A stretch of DNA of 64,000 nt. It comes from Bigelowiella natans CCMP2755. Its lineage: Eukaryota; Protista; Cercozoa. Shown piece after piece: positions 51,429 to 64,000 of this stretch. Where the stretch lies: assembly GCA_000320545.1 (NCBI GenBank), contig ADNK01001325.1, positions 29,161 through 93,160 of the forward strand, read 5' to 3'. How positions within the stretch are numbered: the first letter of the stretch is position 1; each line of letters opens with the position of its first letter. Both the position numbers and the translations under genes were made by a program. The notes beneath the pieces are model-generated. The model did no database searches. It worked only from the letters and a program-made list of their open reading frames with translations, and had not been told where the DNA came from.

Positions 51429-51899
51429 GCGTGTGTGCATCATTTATACATATAATTCAAAAATATTGTAAATATTCGCACACACAGTGTTGCATTTTTT
51501 TTCTATATGCCTATGCATACTTGCCTGAATGCTTGTAGCGTAATTATACGGTGAACCCAAATTTATACTGTTCATATGTTCATATTCATTCATTGTGGAT
51601 GTATTATTTACTATTCCAAGCAAGAATTGGAGCAAATGGATACCTTCTGTACAAATGTATAGAATGTAACCAGTGTTACTTGTGTCGGACAGCCTCAGTA
51701 TGGGCATTTAATGTAATACAGATAGCAACCGTTTGGTGACCAAGAAATGTAGACCATATAAACACAAAGCTCTCATTTTAACATGTTGAATCTGCATTGT
51801 GGTAATGTTAGAAGGTCGTGATGCATTTGGGATCATTTTGTTTGACGTTCACAATGCGGTCGTACACATAAACGTAGGTCTATCTATGTAGCTTGCTAC

Positions 51900-54560
51900 G
51901 CTAGCTAGCTATTTACGCCTGATGTGGCATGTTTTTTGCATGACACGATGAGGTCGTATTGTGTGTTCAAATGGATCCACTTGCAGAACAACGGCCTTGC
52001 AAAAGCCGTGTGCGAACACCATCACAATTCTGCCATGCCATCGATGATTTGCATGCCCCACAGGGCTGCCATGCACCACCGTGGCACATCATTGCAGAAT
52101 GAACGAACAAACACAACATGACCGCTGTGGCCACCGCCGCGCAATCCATGCTAGCAATGATGCTAGGACAATAATGACATGCACTTGAATGACATGCTGC
52201 AATGCATTTGAATGACAACTGAAAAAGTGCAATTGATCCATCACATCCGTCTCACAGCTGCACAGCTGACGACAGCTAGCCACACGTTTTCGTTCATGCG
52301 ATGCTAGCACTAGCTAGCTAGAGCATGCAGCTAATTCTGGAATTTGCTCAGATTCGGTTTCAGTCTGGGCCCTCGCTAGCTCGCTAGCTCGGTGCACATG
52401 CACACGCACGCAGCAGGGTCTAGAGGATGCACACCTGCATGACCCCAGTTTTTTCCTCCCAACGCACCACAATCAGTCCGTGCTAGCGGGGGAAATGCTG
52501 CAGCAACTCGCAACCCAAAACATCACCCATTGCGGATCCACTGCTGAACCAAATTGCCAAAATGGCATGAGAAAATCACAGGCACAGCAGGTGTGAAGCA
52601 GCATGGCTAGATTGGGATGACTGTTGAAAAGGTTTGATGACGTCGTTGCATCCGTCTCATGTGTCTTTCGTCACACAGTCAAAGTGATCCTTGTTGAAAT
52701 GACACAGCAAAAAAATCATCACCAGAGCATCGCGCTGTTGCCCGTGTCGCACACACTTTCGCCGCCACTGCTAGCTAGCCGTGAACTTGCTTTTCTTTTT
52801 CCATGCGTCCTCAATCATTTCTGTCACATTGATGGCAACAACCGAGAACTCTGCTAGCTCGAGAGTCTCATCTTGGAAGTCACTCACAAACGAAATTTTT
52901 TGGCTCACGTTCACGAACCATGGAATCAGCAGTTGCCACTTTTTTGCTCTTTTCAGTGACAAGCAACCGATGTGGTTTGCAACCCATCCACGGCCTTTTG
53001 CTGTCAGTGTGTCCACGATGCGAAACGTGATCTTTTGATCTGGAAGCTGGTTGTGTTCCTTTGCCTTGTCCAAGTTCAACAACAAGTTCTTCGGTGGATT
53101 TTCTTTTGTGTGTGTCCACGTTGGACGACATTGCACGCAAAAATCTTTTGTTTTTCAAAGATCCAGATTGCTCCTCTGTGAGCTGTTTGTCCAATGCTTT
53201 GCCTCTTTTTGATTTGAAAATTTTCGTTTGTCGTTTCAGGTTAGAACAAACTTGCAGTGTTTTCAGCGGTGCTCCAGCCAAACACTTCCGCGATGCAGAC
53301 AATGGCTCGATGCTCTGGCGATGTTTTTTTGGCTGTGTCATTTCAAGCAAGATCATTTTGATGAAAGACGTGTGAGACGGATGCACACGGTGTGATCAAA
53401 TCTTTTCAATGGTCATCCTGTTCTGGCTGTACCACTTTGCGTCTGCTGCACGTGCCTGTGATTTTTGTCGCGTCGTTCTAGCAATTCAGTTCAGCAGCAG
53501 GTACACAGGTCCGCAGTGGGTGATGTTTTGGGTTGCGAGTTTTATGGCATTTCCTCCATGGACTGATTGTGGTTAGGAGAAAAAAACTGGGGTCAGGCAT
53601 GCACCCTGCTGCGTGCATCATGCTAGCGCAGGGTGCAATGTCTGCCCTTGTCCCAGCTAGCTAGCCTCGCCACCGATCGTTGAATTGCTGAACGTCCGCG
53701 CTGTGCGTCACGGTGGGGACAATGCAATGACAACACACAGCTAGATCATGCAAGATGCGACTGTGATGCGTGCAGTGTGAAACTTTTAGCTACGGCTGTC
53801 CGACCGAGTTGCATGTGCAATTGTTAGCAGATGGAGGCCTCTTGTGTGATGAGCGCACAGTGGTTGCGACAAGGGACAAGGGTGGGTTTCATTGTCGGAT
53901 TGAGGGTAGCCATGTGTTTGTGTTGTGTTTCCAGATGCATGCATCAGTCTAGCAGTGGGCGGCTAGCTAGCTAGACGCAATGACGAAGCACATGCACCAT
54001 GTGGTTTGACTTCTCCGACAACTGTAGCCGACGGTAGAAGCAGGATGACCATCCGAAAAAGAAACCTTGCGATGAAAACTTCTGGTTTCATTGCGCTCTT
54101 TGAGAATCATCGCCTTACTGTCCCAAGGCATGCTGGCATGTGTCACGCACCCAGATTGCGCTAACTGCATCCTTCGATGACTCAACAACATGCAATGACG
54201 CTAGTCCATGCATGAGCATGCAAACTTCCACACATGCGAGTCAACAGCGGACAGCATTGCAACAAAAGTAGTGTGGCGGGAACACGCAGCATCAGCACGT
54301 GCGACGTCACACGCAGCTCTCGATATGAACGATATGTGAAGAGAAACTGAGCACATGCCACATGCAACGTGTCCAAGTTCTGCATGCAGTGCAAAATGCT
54401 AATTGAGTTGTTTGGACAAAATTCATGTGATGACAACAATTTGCATGAGACCATTAGCTGTCAGTTAGTGTGAATGATTTTGTCTGATGTGGCTAGTGAG
54501 TGTCAACGAGTTCGATCGAGTCTTCGAAATGATGGTTGCTGCACCACCTGGCAAGAGTGG
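51900..54560. repeat. TpA-depleted intergenic island with CTAG arrays
   Basis: Most remaining TpA are in CTAG/GCTAGC; the island holds several copies of the dispersed GGATGAC...CATCCGTCT motif. Confidence 0.8.
52406..53616. mobile_element. Decayed element with long (about 340-bp) inverted repeats (Mutator/foldback-like)
   Basis: About 52406-52750 aligns with the reverse complement of about 53288-53616 (GCACGCAGCAGGGT, GACCCCAGTTTTTTCTCC, CTCGCAACCCAAAACATCACCCA, AAAATCACAGGCAC, TGAAATGACACAGC, CCAGAGCATCG). Confidence 0.75.
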
Positions 54561-54845
54561 TACTACTTGCGTGCGCAGAGGTGTTTGTGTGACGCAAGGT
54601 CAGTGCTGACTAATGTGCCATGATTTCGCTGTTGTTTACTGCATACGTCAATGATGTAGAGACTACAGCAGGAACGACTGCTTCTGGGCCTCAACCCTCT
54701 TCTACAGTCGTGTGGGCCTTCTTGGTAGCAGCCGCAGCAGAAGCAGCACCAATAATACAACACCATGCCACATCTTGACTACTTCTGAAGGGCTGACAGC
54801 CTTGGAAAAGAGACACCAAAGATGTGGTTATTGTAAGTCTCATGG

Positions 54846-55774
54846 TCAGTGTGGCAAGGCTGGATAAATTCTATTTGCTTTTTGTATAGAATCTAAGCTG
54901 TAGTACACGTGGCGCAGCCCGTACCTGAATAGCCCGAACAACAACATATATATTTTGTTTAGATGACAAAACATGCGGCAGCTTATAGGATGAATTGTAC
55001 TTTTTCATGCAGGATCTGATAAGTGCTACGCACGCAGCACACGGAGCAGAGTACATGATTACAGGATTTCCAGGAATGTTCTTGCCTTTTCGAACAGAGA
55101 TTATTTTATATTTGTCAGTGGTTTTTATAGAAATTGAGTATCATCTTCGTATCGATTTTCAGAAATATGATTTTATGCTGAAATGTATCCACCGACCCCA
55201 ACGAACAACGTACAAATCGGCATCTCTCAAATATATCTTTTTCCTGCATCTTAGAATAGCATCTTTTTCGGCATGGCAAGATACTTTTCCCTTGGAGATC
55301 TGTCGTATTCCGTGGTACTATATTAGAAGCTGTAGAATTCATCAATTTATGTTCAATACTACCTGCATCACATGTTTATTGTGTCCTCTTGCTACTATCT
55401 CTCCTCCCCTGACAATAATACAACCATGCTTTTCCCGCAACACAGACTTCGATGCCTCCTCTGCAATCGTAGTATAAACGACGTACAAGTGAGAAGAATA
55501 GGGATAAGAGTGAGGAAGTTGACTTGATTGTTGGTTTATGTGGATATATTATTCATGTTGAGACACGACGAAAATTGCTAGTAACCGGCAGCCATAAGCA
55601 TAAAATGCTGTTTTGATGAGGGAAGATCTGAAAGTGTTACCTACGAAAATAATAAAAAGAAACGATGATTTAGCTGATTTTTAGGTGACTTACTAGTTTA
55701 TATTAGTCTGTCAAATATTTGGTTACAGTAGATCCTTGAAAATCCCCCATATTGAGTGGAATCGCTCTCTGCAT
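54846..55774 (-). CDS. Zinc-dependent nucleotide/nucleic-acid deaminase (CMP/dCMP-deaminase/TadA fold), 6 exons; 5' end uncertain
   Basis: Phase-compatible exons 55774-55727, 55640-55586, 55460-55363, 55317-55197, 55085-55001, 54924-54846 give ...QHFMLMAAEEASKSVLREKHGCIIVRGGEIVARGHN...SCHAEKDAILRC...DADLYVVRWG...MYSAPCAACVALIRSCMKKYGLRHVYYS..., with HAE and PCxxC intact. Confidence 0.88.
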
Positions 55775-56811
55775 AGCCCGCGAAGAAGATGATGTTGACG
55801 AGGACAACTTACCAACCGATGATAATAAAGTTGTCTCACAAGTATGATAGCTGCTAAATGTGTGGGAAAGATTCAGAAGTGGTGAAATTAAAAACAAACA
55901 GTACGCGAGCTGACATATCGAAACTCCATAAGATCGGAATAGATAACTTCTACTTACCGCTGCGATCTCACGGTTTCTTTCCCAAGAGATCTCTCGAAGG
56001 GATTGTTGAAGGTGGTGGCAGCAAGGTAGGCAATGTAGAGGAAGGTGAGTACAATATGTAAAATAACAGGTGATGGCAGAGCTTGTAGCTTTGAAGTGCT
56101 TCCCTCACAGTAGAAACTTGGGAGCCAACCTACGAGCTGTGCCGATGTGTATTCCATCGAATGGTTTAAAGAGCGTCGTTGTCTCCGCCCCGGTTTCAGC
56201 CTCAGCATTCATACATCAACTAGTTTGATGAGAAAGCAGAGGATCTTCTCTTAAGATCCCATTCTCCACCTCCTCCTCCTACTTTGTACCACTACTACTT
56301 TACTGCAGCCCTGGATGCGAATGAGAATTCGGAGAAGCAGCGAGTCGTAGCTGATGGTGGTCAAATCCATCATCATCATCACATCATAATCATCATCATC
56401 ATCATCACCATCATCATCTCATCAATAATTACGCGCACTTTATCTATCGAATCAATAATTTACGGTGATTCCATCCAAAATCCCTTAGGTTTGTCACAAG
56501 TTGTGTAAGCAGGTGACTGCTGGGAAATCTTTCTAGTTAGTTAGTTAGTTATTCTGTTCGAGTCCTTAACTTCCCAGCAATGTTTTTTCACCGAATTGAT
56601 TTTCACAGTTAGTGTATAACAGCAATGGTGTATCTATCATGGGAAGTTTTCCCTGTAAAAATAGGTCTTGAATGGTCATCATTATTATCATTATTATTAT
56701 TGTTGTTGTTGTTGTTGTTATTGTTGTTTATTTGTCATCATCGTCATCATCATCATCATCCCACAACTAACTTAAACAAACTAACTAACTTTCTTACATA
56801 CCTCACGAATA

Positions 56812-58391
56812 ATGACGTCGCGTCTGCCCACGGATCAAGAGCTCCAACCTCTCCTCAGTCTTGGCATTTCGAGATCGCATGCAACGAAGGGTCTCCAGGC
56901 ACAGCAATTTAGGGTTAATCAGGCAATTGATTGGTGTCTCACAAACCCAGAACAGCAACAGTTTTCGCGTCAGACAGCTTCTACAACTTTGGATGGTTGA
57001 CATAATTAATTGTGTTTACCATGGAATTTTTATGCACATACGATTCATAAGCAAATCGACGAATACAATACTCGAATTTGCTCTTCCATGGTGATGTTAT
57101 TCTTCAGAGAAGCATGTTCAAAATCTTAAGGGAATGGGGTTCTCGGAGGCACACGCTCGCAACGCTCTATTGCTGAATGTATACTAACATATTATCTATT
57201 CATTGATGAACTACTGTTTTGATGCAGTCTGCTAATTTACTATTATACGTAGGGCAACAACTTCCAGAGATCTATGGATTGGTGCTTGGCCAACCCTGAA
57301 GTAGCACAACCACTACCACCGGCTAGAGAGAAAAAGTCGAGCAAGATATCAAATTCAAACACAAACAATTCCAACCTACAACAAAGTTACAAAATGGAGG
57401 AAGATGTTGAAGTAAGATCTTCATATGCATATGGAGGTTTTTGTTATAAGTGTCGTCATCATCCATTGCAGGACGATATAATGGACACAGACGATTGGGT
57501 GGACAACGACCCTACTGACAATGACGCGAACAAAACTAATAGCAGCTCCATAACAACAGCTGGAGGCCTGGATTTGCTACAGAAGGTGTGGTAGTTCATT
57601 ATTCACAAGATATTAAACAAGCTTTTTTTTTAATTCTCACCTGTAATGTTTTTAATTTTTCATTATACATCATTGTATCTATCAATTAACGATAATTAAA
57701 ATGGTTGGGAATGAAGCAATCCCTCCAAAGAGCAAAGTTGGCAGAGAAGCAACGAAAGCAAAAAATGAAGGTCATTTCAAACTAACGTCGCGTCATCATC
57801 TTTGGTCAACTGTCCTTCATCACCTACCGAGCATTCAGTCATAAAATATAATTGATTATTTACCACTGCTACTGATATCTCAAAATAATCATCTGCATCG
57901 TCCATTATTACTAGAAATTAGAAATGGAGCGCATGAAAAGGGAAGAGGTCACTAATCATATTTTAAATATATAGTTGTCGCCGCTAAAATATCGTGATCA
58001 ATGTCGAAATTAGTGCTTGCAATGCTGCTAGCAATATTCCCGCTTGCTTCTTTTTTGTCACAATGTGAGCCTTACAAATGAAATATGGGGGCCTAAGGGA
58101 GGGAAGTCGTTCTCCTTGAATAATTGCCTCTCCTCCGTCTGTTGTACTGATAAGGCAACAACAACCGGAGGAGGAAGTAGTAGTGAGTGAATGGGGAAAG
58201 GAGGCAGCCAAAATAATCGTTCATTATCGTTGTTGTTGTTGTTACTACAACTAATCAACGACATTCTCATCATTAGAATCTAATAATCATTCTTCTTTTC
58301 GTCGATAGGAACTGGAACAAAAGGCTAGTATCGATGCTCAGAAGCGAGATAAAATTCGGATGGAAAGGGAGGCTGCCCTAGAGGCAAAGGT

Positions 58392-58424
<33 letters not shown>

Positions 58425-61114
58425 CATTAGTTGAAGTGCTCTTATCTCCATCATCATGTCGTAAAATCATCACCACTCTCTCCCCATTCTCATGATCAAA
58501 AAAATGAAAATGAAACATGTATCGTTATCAAATTAAAGGGGGTAGTTTACATCGTAAATGGATTTCTTCAAGATTATGGGGCCTCCCAAGCAAGGTATAT
58601 CATCGATGATGATGACGACGACGATGATGATGATGATAGTGATCATGATGATGGTAATGGCAATGGTTGCCGACGAACTAGGGAGCCATTGAGCCATTGC
58701 TTTGCTGCTGTGTTTTGGTGTGGTCAGTCAGTCAACAATCACTAGCAACAGCAACAACCACAACAACAACAACAACAACAACAGAATGGATCTGCATTCA
58801 TCTATTACCATTGCACACTCATCACCATCTTTTATACCATATCGTATAATTAGAGAGACAGTGGGGCTTGTCGTACGGATAATAGACACAATATTGAAGC
58901 ATCCATCCCAACCTAAATACAGAAAGGCATAGTCATCACATTAATACAACAACAACAATAACATCTGGCATTATTACCAAAATAAAGCATCAGCAGCAGC
59001 AGCAGCGGATATACATCGTTTCTATATTCCTGCTAATAATCTAATAATATACTATATAGTGTTGTAACATTTAAAGAGTGGAAAAAGAACTACTACTCGC
59101 ATGAAGTGTTCCTAAGAAGAACAAAACTTCCAATAAACAGGTCAAATTGTCTGCAAAGAAAATTCAAAAAGACATTGTCCGAATTTCAGGAGGTGTTGCA
59201 CTGCTTAAATGTGCTGGATTTAGGTAGCAATAAATTGTAGTAATTAATGATTGATATAAGCAAAGTGCGAAGAAACAACTATTCCTTTTTGTATCCATGA
59301 AAAACCATAATTGATGCATGTTAGTTCTTATGCAATCAACAGCAGTATTAGCCAGAACCGATAAATGATGCATTAGCGAAAGTAAACAAGTAATATTAAT
59401 GCGGATGATGATATATTAATACAAAATACAATTATGCAGCCCTATTTACTACCCACATAATACTACTGATGAAATGAAAAGGATGTTGACCATAAAAATA
59501 TTTTACTAATTATAGATCCGGTGCCATTGATGTGAGTAATGGCAAGGAGGATAGTAGTCAGAGCGTGAGTAACAACAATGGCGGGATTTTAGAGTTGTTC
59601 CCGAAGTCATCATCTTCATCTTCATCACCCTCCTCAACAGCAACACTTTCAACATCTTGTCTGGGTAGTAGTAGTCATAGTATTGGGAAGGGGAATTAAG
59701 GTTAGGCCAGAAGTGGACTTATGGCGTTCTTACAGGAGGAGGAGGAGGAGGAGGAGGATAAATATATATTATGAATGAGAGAGAGAGAGGAGGAGAGGTG
59801 GCCAACAAACTCAGTGGAAACTTAGAAAAAATGATGTAATAAATCGAATAATGCGTTTATTTCTTTCTTCGAGTTGTTTTGGTATTCATTTCCATCGTCA
59901 CCTAGTAGTGCGACCATCGAGCACTCGTACTAATCATATCTGCATAAAGTTATAGCAGTAGCATAAAAAAAAAACATGTCGTCATCGTCGTGTCACTCCT
60001 CTTGGCACATCATACCCACTATACATGATACAAAAAGCCGTTTGTGGTTTTAATTACATCTTTCTTCTTCCTCACTGTCTTTAACATCATCATATAGAGT
60101 TTTTGAAGAAATTTCGACGTGAGGTGTCCGAGATAGTATCGAAGGTGATAAAAGGCGTAGTATTTACAATAATCATCATAATGTTACTGATGATGATGAT
60201 GATGATACAAGAAACCACAGCTAAATTTATCTCCTTGTACCACTAACCCACCCCACCCATCTCTTTTTACATCTCTTCTTCTTGTTCTTACAACCTTTAT
60301 AGCATACTGCAACGTGCATCCCAGAATTGATGGAGAAAGCTCGAAATGAAGACTTGAAAAAAGCTAAGGTGTCAATTTACTCTGTTATATAAAAAGATTA
60401 GTATTAGCAGTTACGGTTATAGAAGACGTAGGCTGCGAAGAGGTGTGGCAATACCATCAGTTGTGTTTGAATGAGAAGAATGTAATTGAAGGGATTCATG
60501 ATGATGATGGTGATGATGATGATGATGATGATGATAACGATGATGATGATGATAATGATGATCACGACGGTGTGAACCCCTTTCTCCCTCAGCTTACTAC
60601 TACTACCATATCAACTTACTACTACCATATCAACTTGCTACTACCATATCAGAGCAATTACACTCACTGCCTCATCTAGAATTCCTCTTTTAATTTGAAT
60701 GTTCTTTCTAATGGTGTAGCCATCGGTGGAGAGAATATATTTTGCAGCAATAGAACTCAGAAAGGTAGTAGTGGTACTAGTAGTAGTAGTAGTGGTGGTG
60801 GTGGTGGTGATGGCACTCCATAGGTGTGCATTCGTTTGTCTACCCTAGACTGTAGTATGTAGTATTACTGCGATGATGTATATGTTAATGTATATGCATG
60901 TATGTAGCCATATGTTTTGGTAATATGATGATTTGTCGTTGGTTTTGTCCATATTCTTCGATATTTATCATCGATGATATGGCGACAGAATAGTCAATAA
61001 GTCAGTCGTCTGCTGTCATCTGATTATTATCACCCATTCATTCATTCATTTTGTACCTGATATTGTTCGGTCGTACATACGTCTTAATGACAGTATATAA
61101 AAACTCGTTGTCGT

Positions 61115-61148
<34 letters not shown>

Positions 61149-62998
61149 CATTTTACCTTGTTGCGTTCATAAACGTTTCTTCTACAAGCAAACGATGAGT
61201 GATTACTAGCTGCTTGATCGGAACTGTTAAGAAATTTTGACACCTATTTTTCGCCTTCGACACCGTACCTCTCTCTATGTAACATTACATATACGTCTTC
61301 TATTGTTTAGCTTTTCTCGAATGTGATTGCGGCCAACGATGCTGATGGGAGGGTAATAGATATTTTCGAATTGTTGGATATTTAGGGTTTACATTGTAGT
61401 ATCAGCATCAGGATGTTGTCACATGATCACAGATTATTGCATATTAACATTGATGAAGAGAATTAGAGTTTCATGACTTATCGAAGATAATCTATCTCTT
61501 TTCTACCACCTACTATACAACAACGTCGATGGCTATTTAATGTTTTCGTGCTGATGTATGCAATGTTGTTAGGTTTCCATAGATTTTCTTTCACTCGATT
61601 CAGGCAGTCAGATCTTCAAATATCGTTTTAGGTCATAGTAAGAAGTAGTAGTAGTTGGTAGTAGTAGTAGTAGTAGTAGTAGCAGGGTGCATATATTATG
61701 ATTTTAATCAGGAGACGTTGTAGTAGGGAAAAGTAATGTCATAGTTACATGATGACCCTTGTTAATAAAATAACTCAACAACAGTTCGTTCGAATTTTTA
61801 GATTTAAGGAACGCAAGCATGCCAAAACTCTCACCATAAAACATACAAATATGCATACGCACGATATCCATTATTTTTAACAATACACACGTTTGTGAGT
61901 CCGTTATAAGACGTGTGTGCCGATGATTTCCTTTAAGTATACATATAATCCGTGCGAGACCAAGCGTCATCACCACCATAGTAGCAATGATAGTGTACAA
62001 TGTATAACTACTACTGTCTATCTTCAGCCGTCTTCTCCTACTCCCTCGTATTGACACTTATATGTTCACTTCTAGATCGGTTCCACGTTGCATTGATATA
62101 CTCAAACAAATGGGATACAAGGAAGTTCGCGGATATTGGTAGTAGTAGTAGTTGTTGTTGTTGTAGTGGTAAGTGTACTAGTAGTAGAAATAGTAGTAGT
62201 AGTAGTTGTTGTTGTTGTTGTTGTAGCAAAAGCAGCGGAGTTATTCCGTTTATTGAGGTTGACGGGAGTTCTAGATAATAATGGGAATAATGAAATTCAT
62301 GATGTTGTGATTGTGATCAGAAGTGTGTGCATCTCTTTTCATGATCATTAATAATTTCCTGTTCAAAATATAATAAAAAGGCGTGTTGTGAACCCTGTCG
62401 TTGAGACATTCGTGGCTGCTGTCGAAGATTTAAGTGCTGAGATATCAAAAATACGGACGAAAACACCCGTATTTAAAGCTACATCAAAGTTGGTGAAATC
62501 AAATCCCGGCCAAGGACCCCGAGTGTTGGTACTTTTTTCATGATTGCCATCATGGTGTCCTTTCAATTGAGATTTATTTAAACTCGACAGATATCTACTC
62601 TCTCGGCATGTCTTGGTCGAATTATTGATGATCCAGACAACGTGAAATATCATAAACTCAAGCTCAGGTACATTTTAACTTCAAAGCTTGTTTTTAATAA
62701 ATCTAGTAGAAGAACTCATATGAGTTTGTTTCGTGCACTAATGTCGGATTTTTCCTCAAATCGAAACATAACGCAGTCTAACCGTTTGTTTTTCCTGCAT
62801 CACAGTGTTCTGTTTCGCAAGAGCGGTGGATTCCTGAATGGTAGCCGTCAGATGCTAACTCGATTAGGATTCAAGGTGGATGATGTCACCGAAACTGCAA
62901 CACTACGTTACACGAGATCTGGAGAGGTAGATTTGAACTTGGTTGAGCTCAGACGAAACGATTTGCTGCGTTCGTGGGGAGAATTGAATCACAGCTAA
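56812..62998 (+). CDS. Two UBA domains, a coiled coil and up to three PUB domains (p97/Cdc48 adaptor-like), many exons
   Basis: UBA: LQPLLSLGISRSHATKGL...AIDWC and LKGMGFSEAHARNALL...SMDWC. PUB: IIDTILKHPSQPKYRK-VKLSAKKIQKDIVRISGGVALLKCAGF; LFSNVIAA...SVPRCIDILKQMGY; LGRIIDDPDNVKYHKLKLS...RQMLTRLGF. Confidence 0.8.
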
Positions 62999-62999
62999 A

Positions 63000-63750
63000 C
63001 CAGTCGATGAAAGATTTTCTTGCACGAGAGGAAATGGCACATTGTCTGTGGACACAGTGCAAGCTGCATTTCATTTGCACAACTTCATGGGCACTGTCCA
63101 GTGCAAAATGACAAAATTGTTGTTCATGGAAACATTTCAATGTTGTGTGACGATGAAGACTTGTTGGCATTGTGACACCAATTTGTTCGATGAATTGAAA
63201 GTGTCTGCGCACAAAACGATGCAATTTGCAGAGTGCCGGATGCGATTGCGATTTGCAACTTGGGCTGACATGGATGCCCGATTGCACAATGATCAATTGA
63301 AGCAAAATCAAATTGAGAGCACGCCACATTCACTTTGTCAATGACGTGAACCTTGCGCAAAACCAAACAAGTGCACCAAAGCTTTGTGCAATCCCCCAAA
63401 AAACAAAGTGTGACAAAATGCCTCCACTTTTGCGCCGCGGGCAACCTGGCAGCTGTGTGACCCACTGTTTTGACTTTCCGCATCTGCAGCGGCTGCATGT
63501 TCAGGCAAGCGTGACTCTGCACCAGAGCGCGTGCTGAACCCCGCAAACCGCGGAAAATGATGCACAAAAAATCCTCATCATTTTCGCATTTCGCGCTAAC
63601 AATCTGCACACTTTGCAAAAAAAAAATGTCGGCAGCCCTGTCAGCATGCATTTACTCAAAACACACCCTCACGGAACCAACGCGCTTCGCGCGTCACGTG
63701 CCTGTCTTGCCTTGTGCGTGGAAACGAGAATTCTTGTCTGAAATTGTGGG
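63000..63750. other. Short subtelomeric TpA-erased segment
   Basis: No TpA seen in 63000-63595 and only two more before the telomere. Confidence 0.8.
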
Positions 63751-63996
63751 TTAGGGTTAGGGTTAGGTTTAGGGTTAGGTTTAGGGTTAGGGTTAGGTTT
63801 AGGGTTAGGTTTAGGGTTAGGTTTAGGGTTAGGTTTAGGGTTAGGGTTAGGGTTAGGGTTAGGGTTAGGGTTAGGGTTAGGGTTAGGGTTAGGGTTAGGG
63901 TTAGGGTTAGGGTTAGGGTTAGGGTTAGGGTTAGGGTTAGGGTTAGGGTTAGGGTTAGGGTTAGGGTTAGGGTTAGGGTTAGGGTTAGGGTTAGGG
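63751..63996 (+). repeat. Telomeric (TTAGGG)n array with proximal TTAGGT variants
   Basis: 41 hexamers with the G-rich strand running toward the window end; TTAGGT is interspersed only in 63763-63834. Confidence 0.97.
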
Positions 63997-64000
63997 TGTG

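Noticed and set aside
63997-64000. Terminal TGTG after the telomere repeats as evidence of an interstitial array
   Set aside because: Four bases cannot distinguish a contig-end artefact from continuing sequence; orientation and the variant gradient fit a true chromosome end.

Overview
Right-hand chromosome end of an intron-dense eukaryotic microbe, finishing in a (TTAGGG)n telomere. A chlorarachniophyte-like alga is a plausible source, but that is inference only. About 13 host genes can be read, several assembled by hand from micro-exons the ORF track misses: Spg1/Tem1 GTPase, TSEN54-like, PPR, ML-like secreted protein, RIIa-EF-hand, ankyrin and SpoU methylase (possibly one gene), U1-ZnF/OCRE, a TPR-Hsp70 fusion, a mitochondrial fused carbamoyl-phosphate synthetase, a Zn-dependent deaminase and a UBA-PUB protein. 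There is also a young full-length Ty3/gypsy LTR element. The most striking signal is that many intergenic, transposon-derived islands have lost almost all TpA dinucleotides, apparently to TpG/CpA, except within CTAG. For example, 23057-26352 has only 3 TpA in about 3.3 kb, all in CTAG, while genes, introns and the young LTR element keep normal TpA. This looks like a repeat-directed A-to-G (T-to-C) hypermutation process, the reverse of fungal RIP. All counts and alignments were done by eye; no database searches were run.
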